A DNA stretch of 64,000 nt. Origin: Gnetum montanum (taxonomy: Eukaryota > Plantae > Gnetophyta). The first letter of the stretch is position 1, and each line of letters opens with the position of its first letter. The notes beneath the pieces were generated by a model. It was not told the origin of the DNA. It saw nothing but the letters and a program-made list of their open reading frames with translations, and searched no databases. Location: contig MNCI01003108.1 of assembly GCA_015680685.1 (NCBI GenBank), forward strand, positions 238,241 to 302,240, written 5' to 3'. Positions 10,500-25,330 of the stretch are shown here, one piece after another. The position numbers and the translations under genes were made by a program.

Positions 10500-13400
10500 G
10501 TGATAATCATATCAAATGGATAAATATAGTTCACGTTTCAACATACAATGTGTTTACTAGTGATGATCGCCAATTGCACATGCATGGATTTAACAATGCT
10601 TATTATCTACAAGGGATTGTTAATGATTGATAGAAGTTGGGGTTGTTTTCCCACACCTTCATTAAGCATGAAGAAACTTGGTATAAGTTGTTATCCTTCA
10701 AATTAATTAGAAAATGAGTAGAATTTTTACACTAAATTTCAAACCTATGTCCATATTTCAAACATCTAGAAGGAGATGATCATATGGAGGCAAGGAGCCC
10801 ATGAATCACTAGACATTGCCAAGGAGAGGTACATGAAAAATATTTTCCACTGTCTAAACCATGACTTTAGCTAAAGAAAGTAGCTCATGCATACCATCGA
10901 AGGCCTAAGGTAGGAAACAAGGGAGCACATGAACATGTATGCGATGGACCATGTACACAAAAAGTCTATGGACTAATTTAAAACACTCCTTAAGACCATT
11001 TCAAGCATGGAAAGTGAATACAAAAAGTAACAATCAACTAAGAAGTATAATCATAATCCTACATGTAGAAGGAAGTTCAAAAACATTGAAGGTACATTTA
11101 AACCTCCCACTACAATTAAGGCCTTTACACAAGATCAAGTTGAAACTAAGAAGGCCTTGAAAAACTTGGTTTACAAGATGGACTAGATGTTAGAAGCAAT
11201 GGATGATAAGGTGATTGCTATCCTTAAGGACATTGAGGGTAAGATGGTTGAAGCTACGACCAAAGTAATTGCATCACATGAATGCAAAAAGAGGCATAAA
11301 AGGGTAAATGTAAGTGATATGAGTCCCACTACTTTTAGACCAATGATATTTATCATACAAGTCACAATGTAATCTAGTCGTAAGCTTTGAAGATGATGTT
11401 AAGTGGATTGCCAAGAACACTCGTGTTTATCATTGCATTTTGAAAAAATAAAAGATATTATAATACATATGATATAAATAAAACCCTTGTTGCCATGGTG
11501 GGATATAGAGAGAATACTTATAATTTTATGTTTTATGATTTTTATGGATTATATAATTAAAATTAACAAAATGATAATAAACACACATGCATTACAATCC
11601 CTCGTGGGGGCAAGTGCATTTCTCATGTTGTAATTCCTCTTAGGGACAAATGCAACACCACACATATAATGCAATAAATGGCTCTTAGTCACAACCTTGA
11701 TGGCCCAACAACATGTTGTATAGTTATGACCTCTTTGGGCAAGGGATGAATCATTGTAGCTCAATTCAATAGAAATTAAATAAATATTTTTATTATTTTA
11801 ATATTTAAGACATTAATGATGAATGAAGGAAAATTCATGATCTTTATTCACTATACAAACACTAGATTCCACATTGACCACACAATTTCAAGGTACGTAA
11901 GTAAGGTAGCACTTTAACAGAATCTAGCCACACTTGTAAAAGTGACAACTCAAAATAAACACATAACAAGAAAAGAAATTAACTTATCTAAGGGAGCAAG
12001 AACTCTTCACACAGCCAAATACTATAAGCTCCAATAAAATAAAAGTATTTCTTATGATATATGTGAGAGCTCATCCTAGGGATTTATAGTTTATTGTGAA
12101 GTAACGAAGGAGGTTTGTTAATGCCTAGGTGTCAACGAAGGTTTGTCAACACAGCTTGAGTTGATCTCAATCCCATCATAAGCAAAGAAGACCAAACCAA
12201 ACCTGAAGAAAGGTGCATTAGCATCCCTGTGTTGATGCAAGGTGTGCATTAATGTAGTGTAGTCAGTGCACCTCCCAACCACACTTTTCACTTTGGATCT
12301 AGATGAAAGCTAGAATCTAGGGAAGCATGCTAGAAAAACCAAAGAACATTTTAATGAAGCCAAAATCATCTTAAAGAGTTAGAATCATGCACACAACCTC
12401 AAAGTATGACATAGGAGGCAAGGATTCATCTTGGAAGACCAAGAACCTGAATCAAACATGCTAAACTACAAACAGATGGCACATGAAGTACTTCTTAAAT
12501 CCAAGGCTTACAATTAACTTACAAATTACTATTTTATGCCTCATAAATAAGCTCTCATACTTTAAAAGCATTATAGAATATTTAGATGAAGCTTCCTCAT
12601 CCTCTAGTAATAAGGATCCTTACAAATGTTGCATAGATCCTGATGACTCATAATGCTGCCCAATCACGGTCCATATGATTGATGAAATATAATAATCTAG
12701 GATGACTCTAAATAGAAAATTTGTCAATAGATAAAGAAGGAGGACTCAATATCCTAGTTAATTGTACTATCCTAGAGGTCGATACGTACAACTCATACAA
12801 TAGTACCAACAACAATGGTAAACTTCAAATCCTTGAGATATTTCTCCAATAGATAGCACTTCTCACCAATCCCTACTTCCAAGGTGTCTAGGTAGGTACT
12901 TACTAATCTCCATAGATGACACCTTAATAATACCAACCAAATCTAATCAATCCTACCCACCAAGCTCCTGAACAATAATAATGAAGTCTACTTCCTAATT
13001 TCATGTAAGGTGGAATATCTAATCAATTGTAGCGAAGACAAGCTAAATTTTGTAATATTGCCTACTACACTAATCCTACTTCCACGTATGTGACTGGATA
13101 ATATTATAAAAAATTTATTGATTTGGTTATAGGAGAAAATCTAAGATTCCATGGCAAAATATTTTATTGCAAGTGCAGACATGAGTAGTGTGAGGCTAGG
13201 TCCACTACATCCTCTTCATCTTATGAAAAGGACAATAATGTATGCTAGATGGGAGTCCATGTTGAGGAGGTTCCAATAATATTCCTAAATACCATCTAAG
13301 CATAACATTCAATTCAAGAACAAGTTCCATAACCATATTTGGCAGACAACATGATGGCACCTTATGATGGTGATATCATCACCATTTCTATGTCAAAGGT

Positions 13401-13850
13401 GGCTACGTAACCTATAAAAAAACAGCAATTGTTTGAAAAAAAATTAGACCTTGATAATCCCACGTTGAAGATCCAAATTGGTGAAAAAGATCACTACCTA
13501 TCTCTTTATGACTTTGGTTTGGAAGCCAACATCATCTCATTACATTAGTACCTTAATTGGAAGCCTCCTCCTCTTAAGGGTACTAATATTTAACTAGTGC
13601 TAGAGATCAATTGTACACGTACCCCATGGAACAAGTGAATAATGTGAGAATAACATTAACGAGATGATCATACCCTATAGATTTCTAGGTGATCAAGCAA
13701 AAAAATAAGATGGGAGACTACTTCCCTATTATTATTGGAAGGGGCTAGTTGAGCACCATTGATGCCAAGTTAGTCTTCTAAGACTTTTACCTTAAAATTG
13801 GTAGGAGGGATGAGACTAGAAGAATGCACTACAAGAAGATACATTGTAAT
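10500..13850 (+). pseudogene. gag and protease remnants of element B (interrupted by solo LTR 11344-12546)
   Basis: gag-like 'DDRQLHMHGFNNAY...LFSHTF..ETWY' at ~10560-10685; protease 'LYDFGLEANIIS', 'FPIIIGRG*LSTIDAKL' at 13500-13780. Confidence 0.65.
11344..12546 (-). repeat. Family B LTR, inverted, probably solo
   Basis: Reverse-complement homology to 7757-8965 and 21349-22517 along its length; TSD not resolvable. Confidence 0.75.
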
Positions 13851-14149
13851 CCTTTTCGATCATGTAGTCACATATGGACTGTCAGTCAAGTAAGCTAGAG
13901 GAAATATTTTTCATTAAATGGAAACACCTAGAGTATCACAAAGATTATCTTTTAATTTTGAGCATGCTTAATACTTAATCTCTATGTTATACCAAGGCGT
14001 CTAGTAGGTGATAGACATGGATTAGTCATGGAGGATGAATCCTCCATGCCATGTCAAATTTTTTCTTTTATTTATGCTATTTCCATTTGTATGTTTAATA
14101 GAATTTGATTTGTTTAGTTAGAATTTTTGTACATTTTGAGATTAATAGG

Positions 14150-14932
14150 TGATGAGTGGCGAGGTACCCCTGCACTCAACCATACGAATACAAGCGTAAC
14201 ACGCATGATTCGGTCGAACTCTGCAGACTAAGTGCCTACACGCCTCATGGAACACTTAAGGTTAATTATTCATTGTCTTCCCAGACTTACTTGTATTTGT
14301 TACGGTGTATGGTTAAGTAAGTCTGAGGTATATGATTTTTATATCTTTTTATGTTTTTGTCTCCTATGCTAACAGGGTGAAGGGTAGAGAAACTAATTAC
14401 TAACTCTAACTAACGAACTAAGTCTAATTTAACCTAGCATCAACATCCATTCCCACTTACCATTCACACCATGAACCAATGCAATCGTGGTTACCAAACG
14501 CTAATCATTGCTGGGATCGCCACATGTAACGCACGTGCTCGAAGCAGTCGTACTGAGGCACTTAACTGGGAGAGAAGGGTTGAGAAAGAATTAATAACTA
14601 ATAAAGCATGTAAAAAATGAATAATAAATAACAGTAAATAAAAGTCCTAATTAGCCTATTTCATGCACTGCAAGGTTTATCCAAGAAGCTCGTCTTTATT
14701 GCCGTACACAAACTTGTGTTCAGGTACAATGTTTGCTTGAATAAAGATTCGTTCACTTTAGGACTCCTACTACGAGCACATGGAAATTAATCTATCTCTG
14801 GAGTGGAAAAACTTCCAGAGTTTTGCTACGGTCTAGGCCTAGATTAGGAAACAAGGGAGAGTCGCCTATTATTTATAGATATGACAGCGCACCGCAATAT
14901 CGCGGGGAAAGATGCGATATCATGTCCAATCA
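14150..14932 (-). repeat. Solo LTR, family A, TSD ATAGG
   Basis: Reverse complement of the family A LTR; ATAGG at 14145-14149 and 14933-14937. Confidence 0.95.
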
Positions 14933-17636
14933 ATAGGTAATCCTTATGATATTTCCTTTTCTGTTATTGTGTATGTGGAAAAACGAATTAACGTGCTTTA
15001 TGAATTCTTATCCAATAAGCTAATGGTGGATGGATGAGTTACAAATACAATGATGATGTAATGGTATGAAATAGTTTGAAAGTGGAGCCTTAATTGATGT
15101 AATATCCACATGATAGAATTTATCCACCCACTTTTCCTTTATTAATTATTGATGAATCAAACTCAAATTTAGTGGAGAAATAGGACACACATTGCAACCT
15201 ATTAAAGCTTATCCTATTGGAATTGTGGGTAGGTGGTGGGTCTACACCTTAGGTTGTGAGATCTAGAATCTTGAATGAGTGCTTGGTCATTGACAAGAAA
15301 AGGATATATCATTAAGGGTTCTTATGATCACTATATGAGTCTAATCAATGTGATTGGACCATGTGCACGTGCTACGATGCCTAAACACCCTAGTGAGAAG
15401 AGATCTATGATCTCATCGACCTATGTGTGTCATGTGATGAGGGATGAATTCTCATATTTCATGCAAGTCGAAGACTCTAGGTGATAATCTGGCACTCTAG
15501 TCATTTTAATGATTCCCATGTACTATTCAAAAATCCTCTTCTCATGAAAGAAAAAAAATATAAAAAATGAATGAAAAATAAAAAGAAAAAAAATCTATAT
15601 ATATAAGAGAAAAGAATAAAATAATATGGAAAAAGAAGAAAAAAAAAGTAATAAAACAATAACAATGATGAGAAGATGAGGTAATTAGAAGAGCATTATA
15701 GCTTCAAGCTTATTGATCTACACGAATTGGTATTCATACCACCCCAAACCAATCTTATGATTGCTCAAATTAACATCAAAATAAGTAGTTTAACTAATAC
15801 CTATGTAAACCTTTCTCATGTTCACACTATTTCCTTGATCACTTAACTTCCAAAGTGTCATATTCCAAAATAAACTCTTTTTCAATCCTACCAATGGCCA
15901 TAAAGGCCTAGAAGACTCTTTCTTAATGAACTTTGGTAATGTTAAATGAAGCTTCCACCCAAATACCAAACTCATTTGCTTCCAAGGATTAAGATCATAA
16001 CCTTTAATCCAAACTATGATCATATCTAAATCTAAAAAATTCTAATTACTTGATCATAGCTTTGTAATCATTGTTGGGACATGGTATTGGTTAGCACAGC
16101 TAGAGAAATCAATAAGAGATTCCGGATAAAGAAAAATTTAGGAAACTTGTTGTGCATACATGCACATATGGAGGAAAATGAAACTGGAATCTTAAATTCT
16201 AGATGATATGGAGCTTTTTACCTTGGTTTAGTTTTACCAATTATTAGACCTTAAAATAATCAATGGCAGATTTCATTGGTAAGTGGTAGGTGTGATCTTT
16301 TTCTTGAAAGGAAGACTTGGAGATCAATCCCTATTTTATGAATAAGTAGTAATGAAAGGATGTGACAATGGATCTCTTATGGAGTGCAGGATATGCTCAC
16401 ATGCTTTCATGAGCTAATTGAATGGTGTAGTGAAGATCTAATGATGTTGCACTTTCACCTTCTCTCTCATGTTCATCATTTTTTCTCCATTCCTTTCTTT
16501 TTACTCTATGCATTATTGTATGTGGTAGGAAGTCAATCGAGCAAAGTAGAGGACAAGATTTGGTCATCCAAGGGGATGAACTCATGTTGGGTGTTGATGT
16601 TTAATTCATTATTGGAAGTCCATGGGTGTCTCATCAAAAGGTTTCACAAGGTAAAGAAAGGTAGGTGCCTGCTAAGGAAAGAATCCACTTGTGAATCCTT
16701 GGTGGCTTACATTATAAAAGAGTGATCTTAATCTTATCTCCTAGAATGGTAGTGGTTGCATGACATAAGGCACTTGATTGGTATTCCACTAATATGAGTG
16801 TTAAATCTTCAAGCTTCAAAGTTTAATCATGACAAATCCTTCCTAATTTATCTTACTTATACCTATATTTAAATATTTGGTGTTATTTTCTCATTTCTCT
16901 AACACCTCTTTCCTAGTTGTTAATTCATTGGAATGCACAATATTGATAATATAGTTTAATTTACATGATCTTGAACATCATCTAAGGTAAGATTATAATG
17001 TTTTGGTTGTCTTTCTCTTCTTGTATCTTCTTTGGTTGATCCTTGGTGTTTTAGATGTATTTTGTCTTTTATTGTGACCCTAAAGATCATTGGAGATAAG
17101 TTGCATACACAAAAAGTGAAAATTATGATTTTCATCATTTTGGAGGATGCATTGATGCACCATGCATTAGCACAAGAATACTAGTGCACCTCCTACATTA
17201 ATGAGCCACTATAAATCGGGGGTAACCTATAAGTCATTTCTAATGCATTTTTCTTCCTATTTTTTGTTTTCCTTATCTCTGATACCATGAGTAAGCAAAA
17301 CTCTACTGAATTTTTACCATGAGATTGGATTTTATGGTTATTTTGAAAGCCTTATTCATGGTTCTTATCCTTGGTATTCTTAATATAGTTCAAGCCTAAG
17401 GCCTTATAACTTAGTCATGGGGAGAGGCATCAATCCAAGTATGTATTTAATGAACTTGGTAGTTATTTAAATATTTTGACATTACATTTTACTTACTCAT
17501 ACATGTTATGATTTTATAGTTATGATGATGTTTTCCTAAGTGTTCTTGAGGGTTATGTTTATAATTGTTTTGATGTGCATTTTTTGCAATGGTAATATAA
17601 TACATAAAGAAACTCACTTGATTTTTAGGATCTTCC

Positions 17637-20600
17637 ATAGCTCACCATGTTATGATGATTGTAATCCAAACTCCATAGACCAAGAAGGAAGGAGGTGGAA
17701 ATATATCAATCCTTTATCTATGAACTTGTGTATGAACCACCAATTTTTGAAGAGAAGGATGAAGAAGAATATAGATCACCAAATCCTGAAAAGACCTTGG
17801 AAAGACCTCCATCTAGAAGTAGATCAAAAGGTAGATTGTCATATTCTCAATCTTTGAATTGAGAATGTGCATAGTAGAAAGCTATTGAACAAGTCCCAAA
17901 GGAGCTGGCAAGTGATGATTTAGAGACTCATGATGTTTAGAAGGCTATGACTATGAATGATATATAGCAACAAAAAATCCATGAAGAAAAGGATTATCAT
18001 TAATTCCTTAAGCTTGGTCCACCTGATCTCAAGGAGTCACTAAAGTGAATAGGATTCTATGACTATGTCACCCAATCCTTTGTTTGTTACTGGCATGAAA
18101 TAGAAGAGTTCTACCTCAACCTTACAGTAGACTATACCATGTCCTTTATGAGTGGGATTCTTATGCCTATTTCAACATGGACAATTTCTAAAGTCATAGG
18201 ATTTTCAAATAAGCCAACAAATAATTAGTGGTCATGAACCTAGAAGATAGAGCCTTAGCTCAAAATGAAGATCCTTCTTGAGGTTTTTGATATGGATAAG
18301 ATAGATGTAAAGATGTCCAAACTTCCCCTAATTCATAATACCATGTACAAGATCATCACAGATAATTTCTAATACACTAAAAGACCATCGGATATCTTTT
18401 CTCGAGGGGCCAAGAGTATGATGATGATGAGAGGGAAGTATTCCATCAACATCCCTTATTTTATTTACAAGGCCTTCATTCAAAAAGTTGAAGATGTATC
18501 CTATGATAAAAAGAAGGTATATTGCTTTCCAAGGTTAATATGAAAACTCTATGAATTGGTAGACATACTCAACCATATGGAAAAGCATTCTACATTTGCA
18601 ATAATGGTGGATTAAGAGAATGTCATAGTAGTAGTCCCAAGGCAACATCCTAAGGTCATTGGAACATTACCTAGTTCGAAAGATTATATGCCTTCCATAT
18701 AGGCATCATGCATCTGGTTATTAGACTAACTTTTCATGCATCAATAAGAAGCACCCTCCATACCTTAAGCTTCATAATATACATAGGTGTTGTGGCCTAG
18801 TAAATCAACCTATTAATCACCTAGTTTTAGCATCAGGCTTGTAGTGGTTTTTGGTCTACTATACACATTGAAGGTGAGGAGTAAGCTACCACAATTCATA
18901 TCGAAGGATCATAGGATCTTAGTAAGAATCTTTTGTGCATGATGAAAGCCATTGTGGCAGGGAAAGCTATAAGGAAGGAGCAGAGAGTTAATATACATGT
19001 TAAGATGCTACTAAGAAGCATTAATATCATAATTAAGGTCCAACTTATCAAAATAGAGGCTAAGTTGGAAACAACTGATGATGGTAGAACCTTCTATCTA
19101 AGTTACATGGGAGTTAGGTAGAGGTATGAAAATTGCAAGAGTAGTTAGAAACCATCATACCGTTGGTACTAGCATCTTCCATAATCACTCTAGAGGTATG
19201 GATCTATTGGTTTTAGTATGCACTTTAGAAATTCTTACTCTACTCATTTTAAATAACTATGTTACAGTTTAGAAGTAAGACAAAGAAATGAATTTAATAA
19301 GCCCAAATTCAAAGTGATAGAAAACCATATTTACATAAGGAAATATAGTAAATACAAGTGAAAACATGAAGGCAAAGTTCAAACTTCAAGAAAATACAAA
19401 GATCAAGTGAAGCTAAAATAGATTTTTTGTAAAATAGGGACTAAATCCATGTAGTTTATATTTAAATTATTATGTCACATAAGATAAGATAGGAAATACT
19501 ATTATTTTTGCTTTTATTAAAAGATTGATGGGTAGATGTAATTAGAGAATGACCCCAATCTCTCATTTCTCTTAAATTTCTAGCCAAAGTTTTCATAAAA
19601 TAGGCATGTGCCATCATATTCTATTATGGCCCTATCATTTGGCTATAAATATGTGGGCAGATCATGTTTTTAAGTGAAGTTACTTCATAATTTATCCCAT
19701 AATACCATATCCTATTCATCCCATTATTCCATATCCTATTTATCATCTACAATCCCATTCTCAATTTCACAATTTATCTTATTACAAGTTCATCCATCCT
19801 CAACTCATAATATTCACCAATTCTCATTAATGAAAGTTGAAAATCACATTCAGTGCCACACTTGTGTTACAAATTTTAACCATCAAATCAATTCAAATTA
19901 ATTCTAAATTTTTTAAACAAGTAGTTTGTTGAAAAAATTTTCTATCAAGTATTCACTCACTCAATAACTCTCTCAAATCATAGAGATATTCATCTTCCAA
20001 AATAACAATTTCTATTTTAGATGCTAAAAAAATTTATTATAGACCCTATTTCAAGCCATATTTGAATCATTAAATAGATTGCAATTAATCTAAAATTTTA
20101 CAATCTAATAGATTACAGAATGGGCTTTCTAATAAGCTCAAGATTAGCCTAAAACACTTCTAAATTGCGAAGATATCATAATTGCAAAATTAGAAAAAAT
20201 TAGTTGTTATTAATTAGGTCACTTGCATCATCTGAAATATTGGGCTGTAAAAAATTTGCAAAAATAAAAAATATTTTTGAATCTCATTAAATCCCTATAA
20301 CATCTATAAAATTAAGTGCTTGTAATTGGAATTATTCAAGGCATGTCATGTGGGGGAAGAAGTAATGTTTTTAAAGGACTACTTGAAGAGGCAAATTCAA
20401 ATGTTAAAGCATCAATCCCAAAAATGGGAAAAATGAGTAGGATAAAGAAAATAAAGTGCTCTTTCTTTTTGAATAGGTACAAAGACTTGAGGATAAGAGT
20501 TAGATCATGGCCTAATTTTAGGACAGGTACCTTCATACAAAAAAGACAACCATGGAGATTAATTAGCTTAGAAAGATCTACTTAATTATCTAGCCAACCT

Positions 20601-21205
20601 AGGATGTCAAGGTGTGTAAATTACCCAAAATTTTAGCTCTACTTAATGAACTTGTAATGGGAGAGAGGCATAAGGTGAAGGATAAATTCAACACCTTACA
20701 TGCCATACTCTAATAGATGGCTATAAGGGAGTCAACCCTATAAGAAAAGATGGACGTTTTAGAGAACATGTGCATCCTCTGCCATGAAGCAATAGTCAAA
20801 GTCCTTAAGAGAAGAATCAAGGAGACATAAGAAGATGTACAAGTGAAGTGGAGGAGGTATTTATACATGATTAAAACTTTAACAAATAGACCACCCATTG
20901 AGCTAGAAGAAAGACTTCATTGAATAGTAGTCAAGTTGGAGGTTGTCTAGTGTGAGCTCTCACAAGCTAGGATGAATCATGAGTAGTTTCAAGTAGATGC
21001 AAAAGAATGTAGACAAGTGCTTTTACAAGAGTAGGAACTTATGCATGAGAAGAACCACTAACTCCAAGCCAAAGTGACAAATCTCGAAATGAAATTGTAG
21101 AGATTCCATATGTCTACACCAAGCACTTCCGGTTTCTTCCCTTACTAAGTAGGTACATCAAGGAGATTCTATTCTCAACCACCATCCCCTAGAACTTCTC
21201 AATAA
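17637..21205 (+). pseudogene. Divergent accessory ORF of element B (Transposase_32-like domain ~18000-18580), interrupted at ~19.1-20.7 kb
   Basis: 'FLKLGPPDLKESLK*IGFYDYVTQSFVCYWHEIEEFYLN' aligns gap-free with A 'FAEFAPEAVRDHLKGSSLWPVLSEQAAWYLGETYLFWHN'; 'INIPYF...CFPRLI*KL' ~ 'ANLPHL...PFSCLIRKL'; ends PPSPRTSQ*. Confidence 0.65.
19117..20700. mobile_element. Unassigned AT-rich insertion (possible solo LTR of another family)
   Basis: Interrupts the B accessory ORF; imperfect inverted ends (GTAGAGGTATGAAAATT ... AATTCAACACCTTACA); TATAAATA ~19645; no clear TSD. Confidence 0.35.
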
Positions 21206-21348
21206 GGTGCCTTATATTGTAATATAGTCATGGTTTGTATTTTTGTATAGTTGTAACTCCTCTTCATTAATCCTATCATGCATGTGGTCCCTATTTTATG
21301 TCTTGGGTATTAAAGCCATAGGACAAGCTTTACTTAGTTATGGAGAAA

Positions 21349-22517
21349 TGATGAGACATCCAAGGACATCTTGTAAGTTCATTGTCAGCCTTGAACTTAA
21401 GAATCATTTCACACACATTATGCTTGTAGTTTGAGTGTGTGTAGTTGAGGTTTATTCCTCCTAGTTTGCATCCTTACCTTCTCTATTATGCTTCCAAGAT
21501 TGGTGCATGTTTAGGGTACCTAGAATGTTTTTGTCTTTGCTCATGCATCCGAGAGCCCTATCAATATGCTCCATAGTGTTCTAGCTTTCATCTAGAATTG
21601 ATGATGAGAAGTGTAGTTTTGGGTGTGGGGGTCGGGGATGAGGGGTGGAGGAGGTGTCAGGGGTTTTTGGGATGGTGTTCTAACTACCCCCTGCTAGGTC
21701 TAGTTTGGCCACTTCACCCATAGTGTGATTTGGGTTGGCGTAGGCTACATTGACAAATCTTTGTTGATGCTTTAGCACTAGTGAACCTATGCCATTATCT
21801 AACAAAAATTATAAATACCTAGGATAATTTCTCTCACATAACAATTCATACTTAGACCTTTTCATTGGTTTTTAATATCTGGTTTATGTCAAGAGCTCTT
21901 CCTCCCTTAGGTAAGTTGATTTTCTACTTGTCTGATGTGTGTATTTTTAGTCATTACTTTTACAAGTGCAGATAGACTTTGTTAGAGTGCCACCTTGTTT
22001 ACGTGGCCCAAAATTGTTTGGTTAGCACAAATTTTAGTGTTTATATAGTCAATAAAGCTCATGGTTTTTTCTTTGTTCTACATTTGATGCCTTAAACATT
22101 AAAACACTAAAAATATTTAATTAATTCTTATTTCTTTAGGCTGTGATGATTCATCCTTATCTAAGAAGGTTATAATTGTATAGCATGGTGTTAGGCTATC
22201 AAAGTTGTAACAAATACTCATTTATTACTTTCCATGTGTGGTGTTACACCTATGCCATAAGGGATAGCATTGCATGCGTATTTATTCTTGTTTTATTTTT
22301 ATATTCATAAAATCCATAAAAATTATAAAATATAAAATTATAAATACTCGCTCTATTTCCCATTTTCGTAACATGGGCTTTCGTTGTATGATATGTACTA
22401 TAATCTCTTTTATATTTATTGAACACAATGATATACATGAGTATTATTAGTAATGCACTTGACATCATCTCTAAAGCTTACAATTAGATCACACCATGGC
22501 CAGTGGGACCTGTATTA
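21349..22517 (+). repeat. 3' LTR of element B
   Basis: PPT TAGTTATGGAGAAA then TGATGAG; homologous to 7757-8965. Confidence 0.8.
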
Positions 22518-25210
22518 GGTGATGAACAAATGACCAACAACCTTTGCATGGTTGTATGATAAAATAATAAGTATTGACTTGCACATATTTCAACATCAAA
22601 TCTACATGTATCTAACCATTAACCCTAAGAGATATATGCATCAAAGATTAAATCCCAAATTGAAGCAAGCAATCAATAAGAAGATGAAAAAGCTCCTTAA
22701 GACAATGTTTATCTATCTTCTAAATGATAGTGAATGGGTAAGCTCACTCTTTATCATACCAAAGAAAGGTGGTCAATGGAGGATCTGCATCAATTTTTCG
22801 TTATTGAACATGGCAACCTTCAAAGATAATTTTTTGTTGTCATTCATGAACCAAGTGTTAGATAATATTACAGGATAGAAATATTACAACTTATTAGATG
22901 GTTATAGTGGATATAATCAAATCCATATAATCCTAGAAGATCATGACAAAACCATACTTACATGTCCCTAAGGGACTTTTACACATAAAAAGATGTCTTT
23001 TACTCTTTATAATGTACCTATAACCTTCCAATACCTTATTCTTAGCATCTTCTAGTAATATATTAGCAATGATATGAAAATATTTGTAGATGACTTCTCC
23101 ACCTATGATTTTAAATTTAAGTAATCATTGAACCCCATGGAAAAAGTATTTAAGTGATGCGTAAAAACCAATTTGAAGTTCAACTGGTAGAAAAGCCATA
23201 TGATGGTCTAAGAGTGCATTGTTCTTAGGCATTGAATATAAGAAAAATAAATGGAGGTAGATCTTAAGAAGATAAGGATGATCTAAGGAATATGAAAAAA
23301 TCTAAAAATAGTGAAAGATGTCAAATCATTCCTTGGACAGATAGGCTAGTATTGAATATTTATTAAGAACTTCTCAAAAATTGCAAAATAACTAGTAAAT
23401 CTGACAAAGAAGGATGTACCATTTGAATGGACCAAAGAATGTGACAATGCATTCGAACTTCTAAAATAGAAGCTTGTGAAAACCCCAATTCTACGAGCCC
23501 CTAATTTACCTTAGTCATTCCACATTATGACAAATGCATCCAAATTCATCTTGGGAGTAGTACTTAAATAATTATATGATCAGAACATTCATATTATATT
23601 CATTGTATAAGTAGAAGTATTGTAGGTGTATAATTGAACTACACCATCATAGAAAAGGAGCTGATGATTATGGTGTATGCCTTAGAAAAATTTAGGTACT
23701 TGGATACCTAATTTTTATGCACATTGACCATAGTGTGATACAATTCCTGGTAGATAAAACAATGATTAGCTCGTGTATCAAAACATGGCCAGTTATTGTA
23801 TAACAGTTTTACATTATGAAGATAGACAAAAAGAGGATCAATAATGTAATAGCTAATCATTTATCTCAATTATAATGAGATAATAAAGTTGATAAAGAGC
23901 CACTCTTTGATCAATTTCTTAATGAAGTACTATTTAGAAAGAGAGCAATGATAACATTTGATGTAATCAAGCCATGGTATGCAAACTATATCACCTATCT
24001 AACCTTACAAGAAGTTCCTACTAAATTGGATCAATGAAGGAAATAATGGCTTTTACACTAAGTCAAGCACCATAAGGAGACAAAGGTTAAACTCTGCAAA
24101 GTGTATGTAGATGACTTGGTGTAATGATGTGATCCTGATAACAATTAGTTCAAATTTTTAAGGATGCTCATGGGAGGCCTTATGAAGACCATTATGCAGA
24201 ATGAAGAATGATCATAGAAATCCTCATGTTAGAATTTTCTAGCCAATAATCTTTAGGGATGCACATTTTTTTTTGTCAATTCCTATGAATGATGCTAACA
24301 TGATGATGGAATGACTACTAGGCTTGAGGATCCATAATAATGTTTCCAAACATTAGAATCCTTTGACTTGTGGGAAATTGACATTATAAATTCCATCATA
24401 CCCATGTTGAATGGGAAATACTACATCATTATTGCTATAGACTATGGTACTAAATGGGAAAAGGTTATAATAGTAATAGATTGCATAGTACCAACAATAG
24501 CCAAATTTTTCCATCAACAAGTTTGGTATGCCTAGGATACTTATCTCTAGTAATAAAATCCACTTTATAGATACTTCATTCAAAAAGGTGATGCAATACT
24601 TAGAGTGAAATAAAAACTTACTACACCCTACCATTCCCAATCCAATAGTTAAGCTGAGATAACAAAGAAGAAGATCACATGAATCCTTATGAGGATAATT
24701 AGCAAATATATCAAAGAGCAAAGCATAAAACTCAACGATGCCTTATGGGCTTATTACTCCACCTAGAAGCTTCCTATAGGCTACTTCTTATACAATTTAG
24801 TGTACAATAACCTTCCAAATCTTTCCATCCAAATAAAGTTACATACACTCAACATAGCCTATGAACTTGACCTCAACATCAACCTAGCACAAAAGGAATG
24901 ACTCATGAATCTTAATATGTTGGATGAAAATAGAAGAGTAGACAATACGATAAATGAAATGAAAAAAGCTTATAACAAACAACATCATAATACTAAATAA
25001 GACAATTAAAATTTTAACCTAGAGATAAGGTCCTCTACTAGAATTCCACTCGTGTACCTCAACATAAAAAATTCCAAATACTATGGGAAGGATCCTACAT
25101 TATACATTGTACCTTCAAATTAGACATCATGCAAATTTATCACCTTGATTACCCACAAAAACTTATATTAGTTAACACATAATAAGTAAAAGCATTCAAG
25201 GATCCCTAGG
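22518..25210 (+). pseudogene. Ty3/gypsy pol remnant: RT, RNase H, integrase (element D)
   Basis: 'SEWVSSLFIIPKKGGQWRICINF', 'LDGYSGYNQI', 'FVDDFS', 'SFLGQIG', 'NYTIIEKEL', 'IAIDYGTKW', 'WEGSYII'; RT-RH-IN order; many stops and frameshifts. Confidence 0.92.
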
Positions 25211-25330
25211 TAGCCATGCACTCAACTAATATCTCCACTAACGCTCAAGCCAATTTCATCTTTCATAATTTCACCTTTCAACATAGTTGTCGGAGAGATA
25301 CCCATATGGTTTAATACCTTATGATAACTT

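Larger units (their letters stand above)
7757..22517 (+). mobile_element. Element B: non-autonomous Athila-like element (5' LTR, PBS, gag, protease, accessory ORF, PPT, 3' LTR); no RT/RH/IN
   Basis: Homologous ~1.2-kb LTRs at 7757-8965 and 21349-22517; decayed PBS after the first, PPT before the second; approximate TSD GGTGG/GGTGA; interrupts D pol. Confidence 0.75.

Noticed and set aside
22468-22500. TCTTCAAAGCTTAC motif after ACATCA as a non-canonical PBS
   Set aside because: The family B LTR extends further (to 8965 and 22517) and a normal Asp-type PBS follows at 8966.
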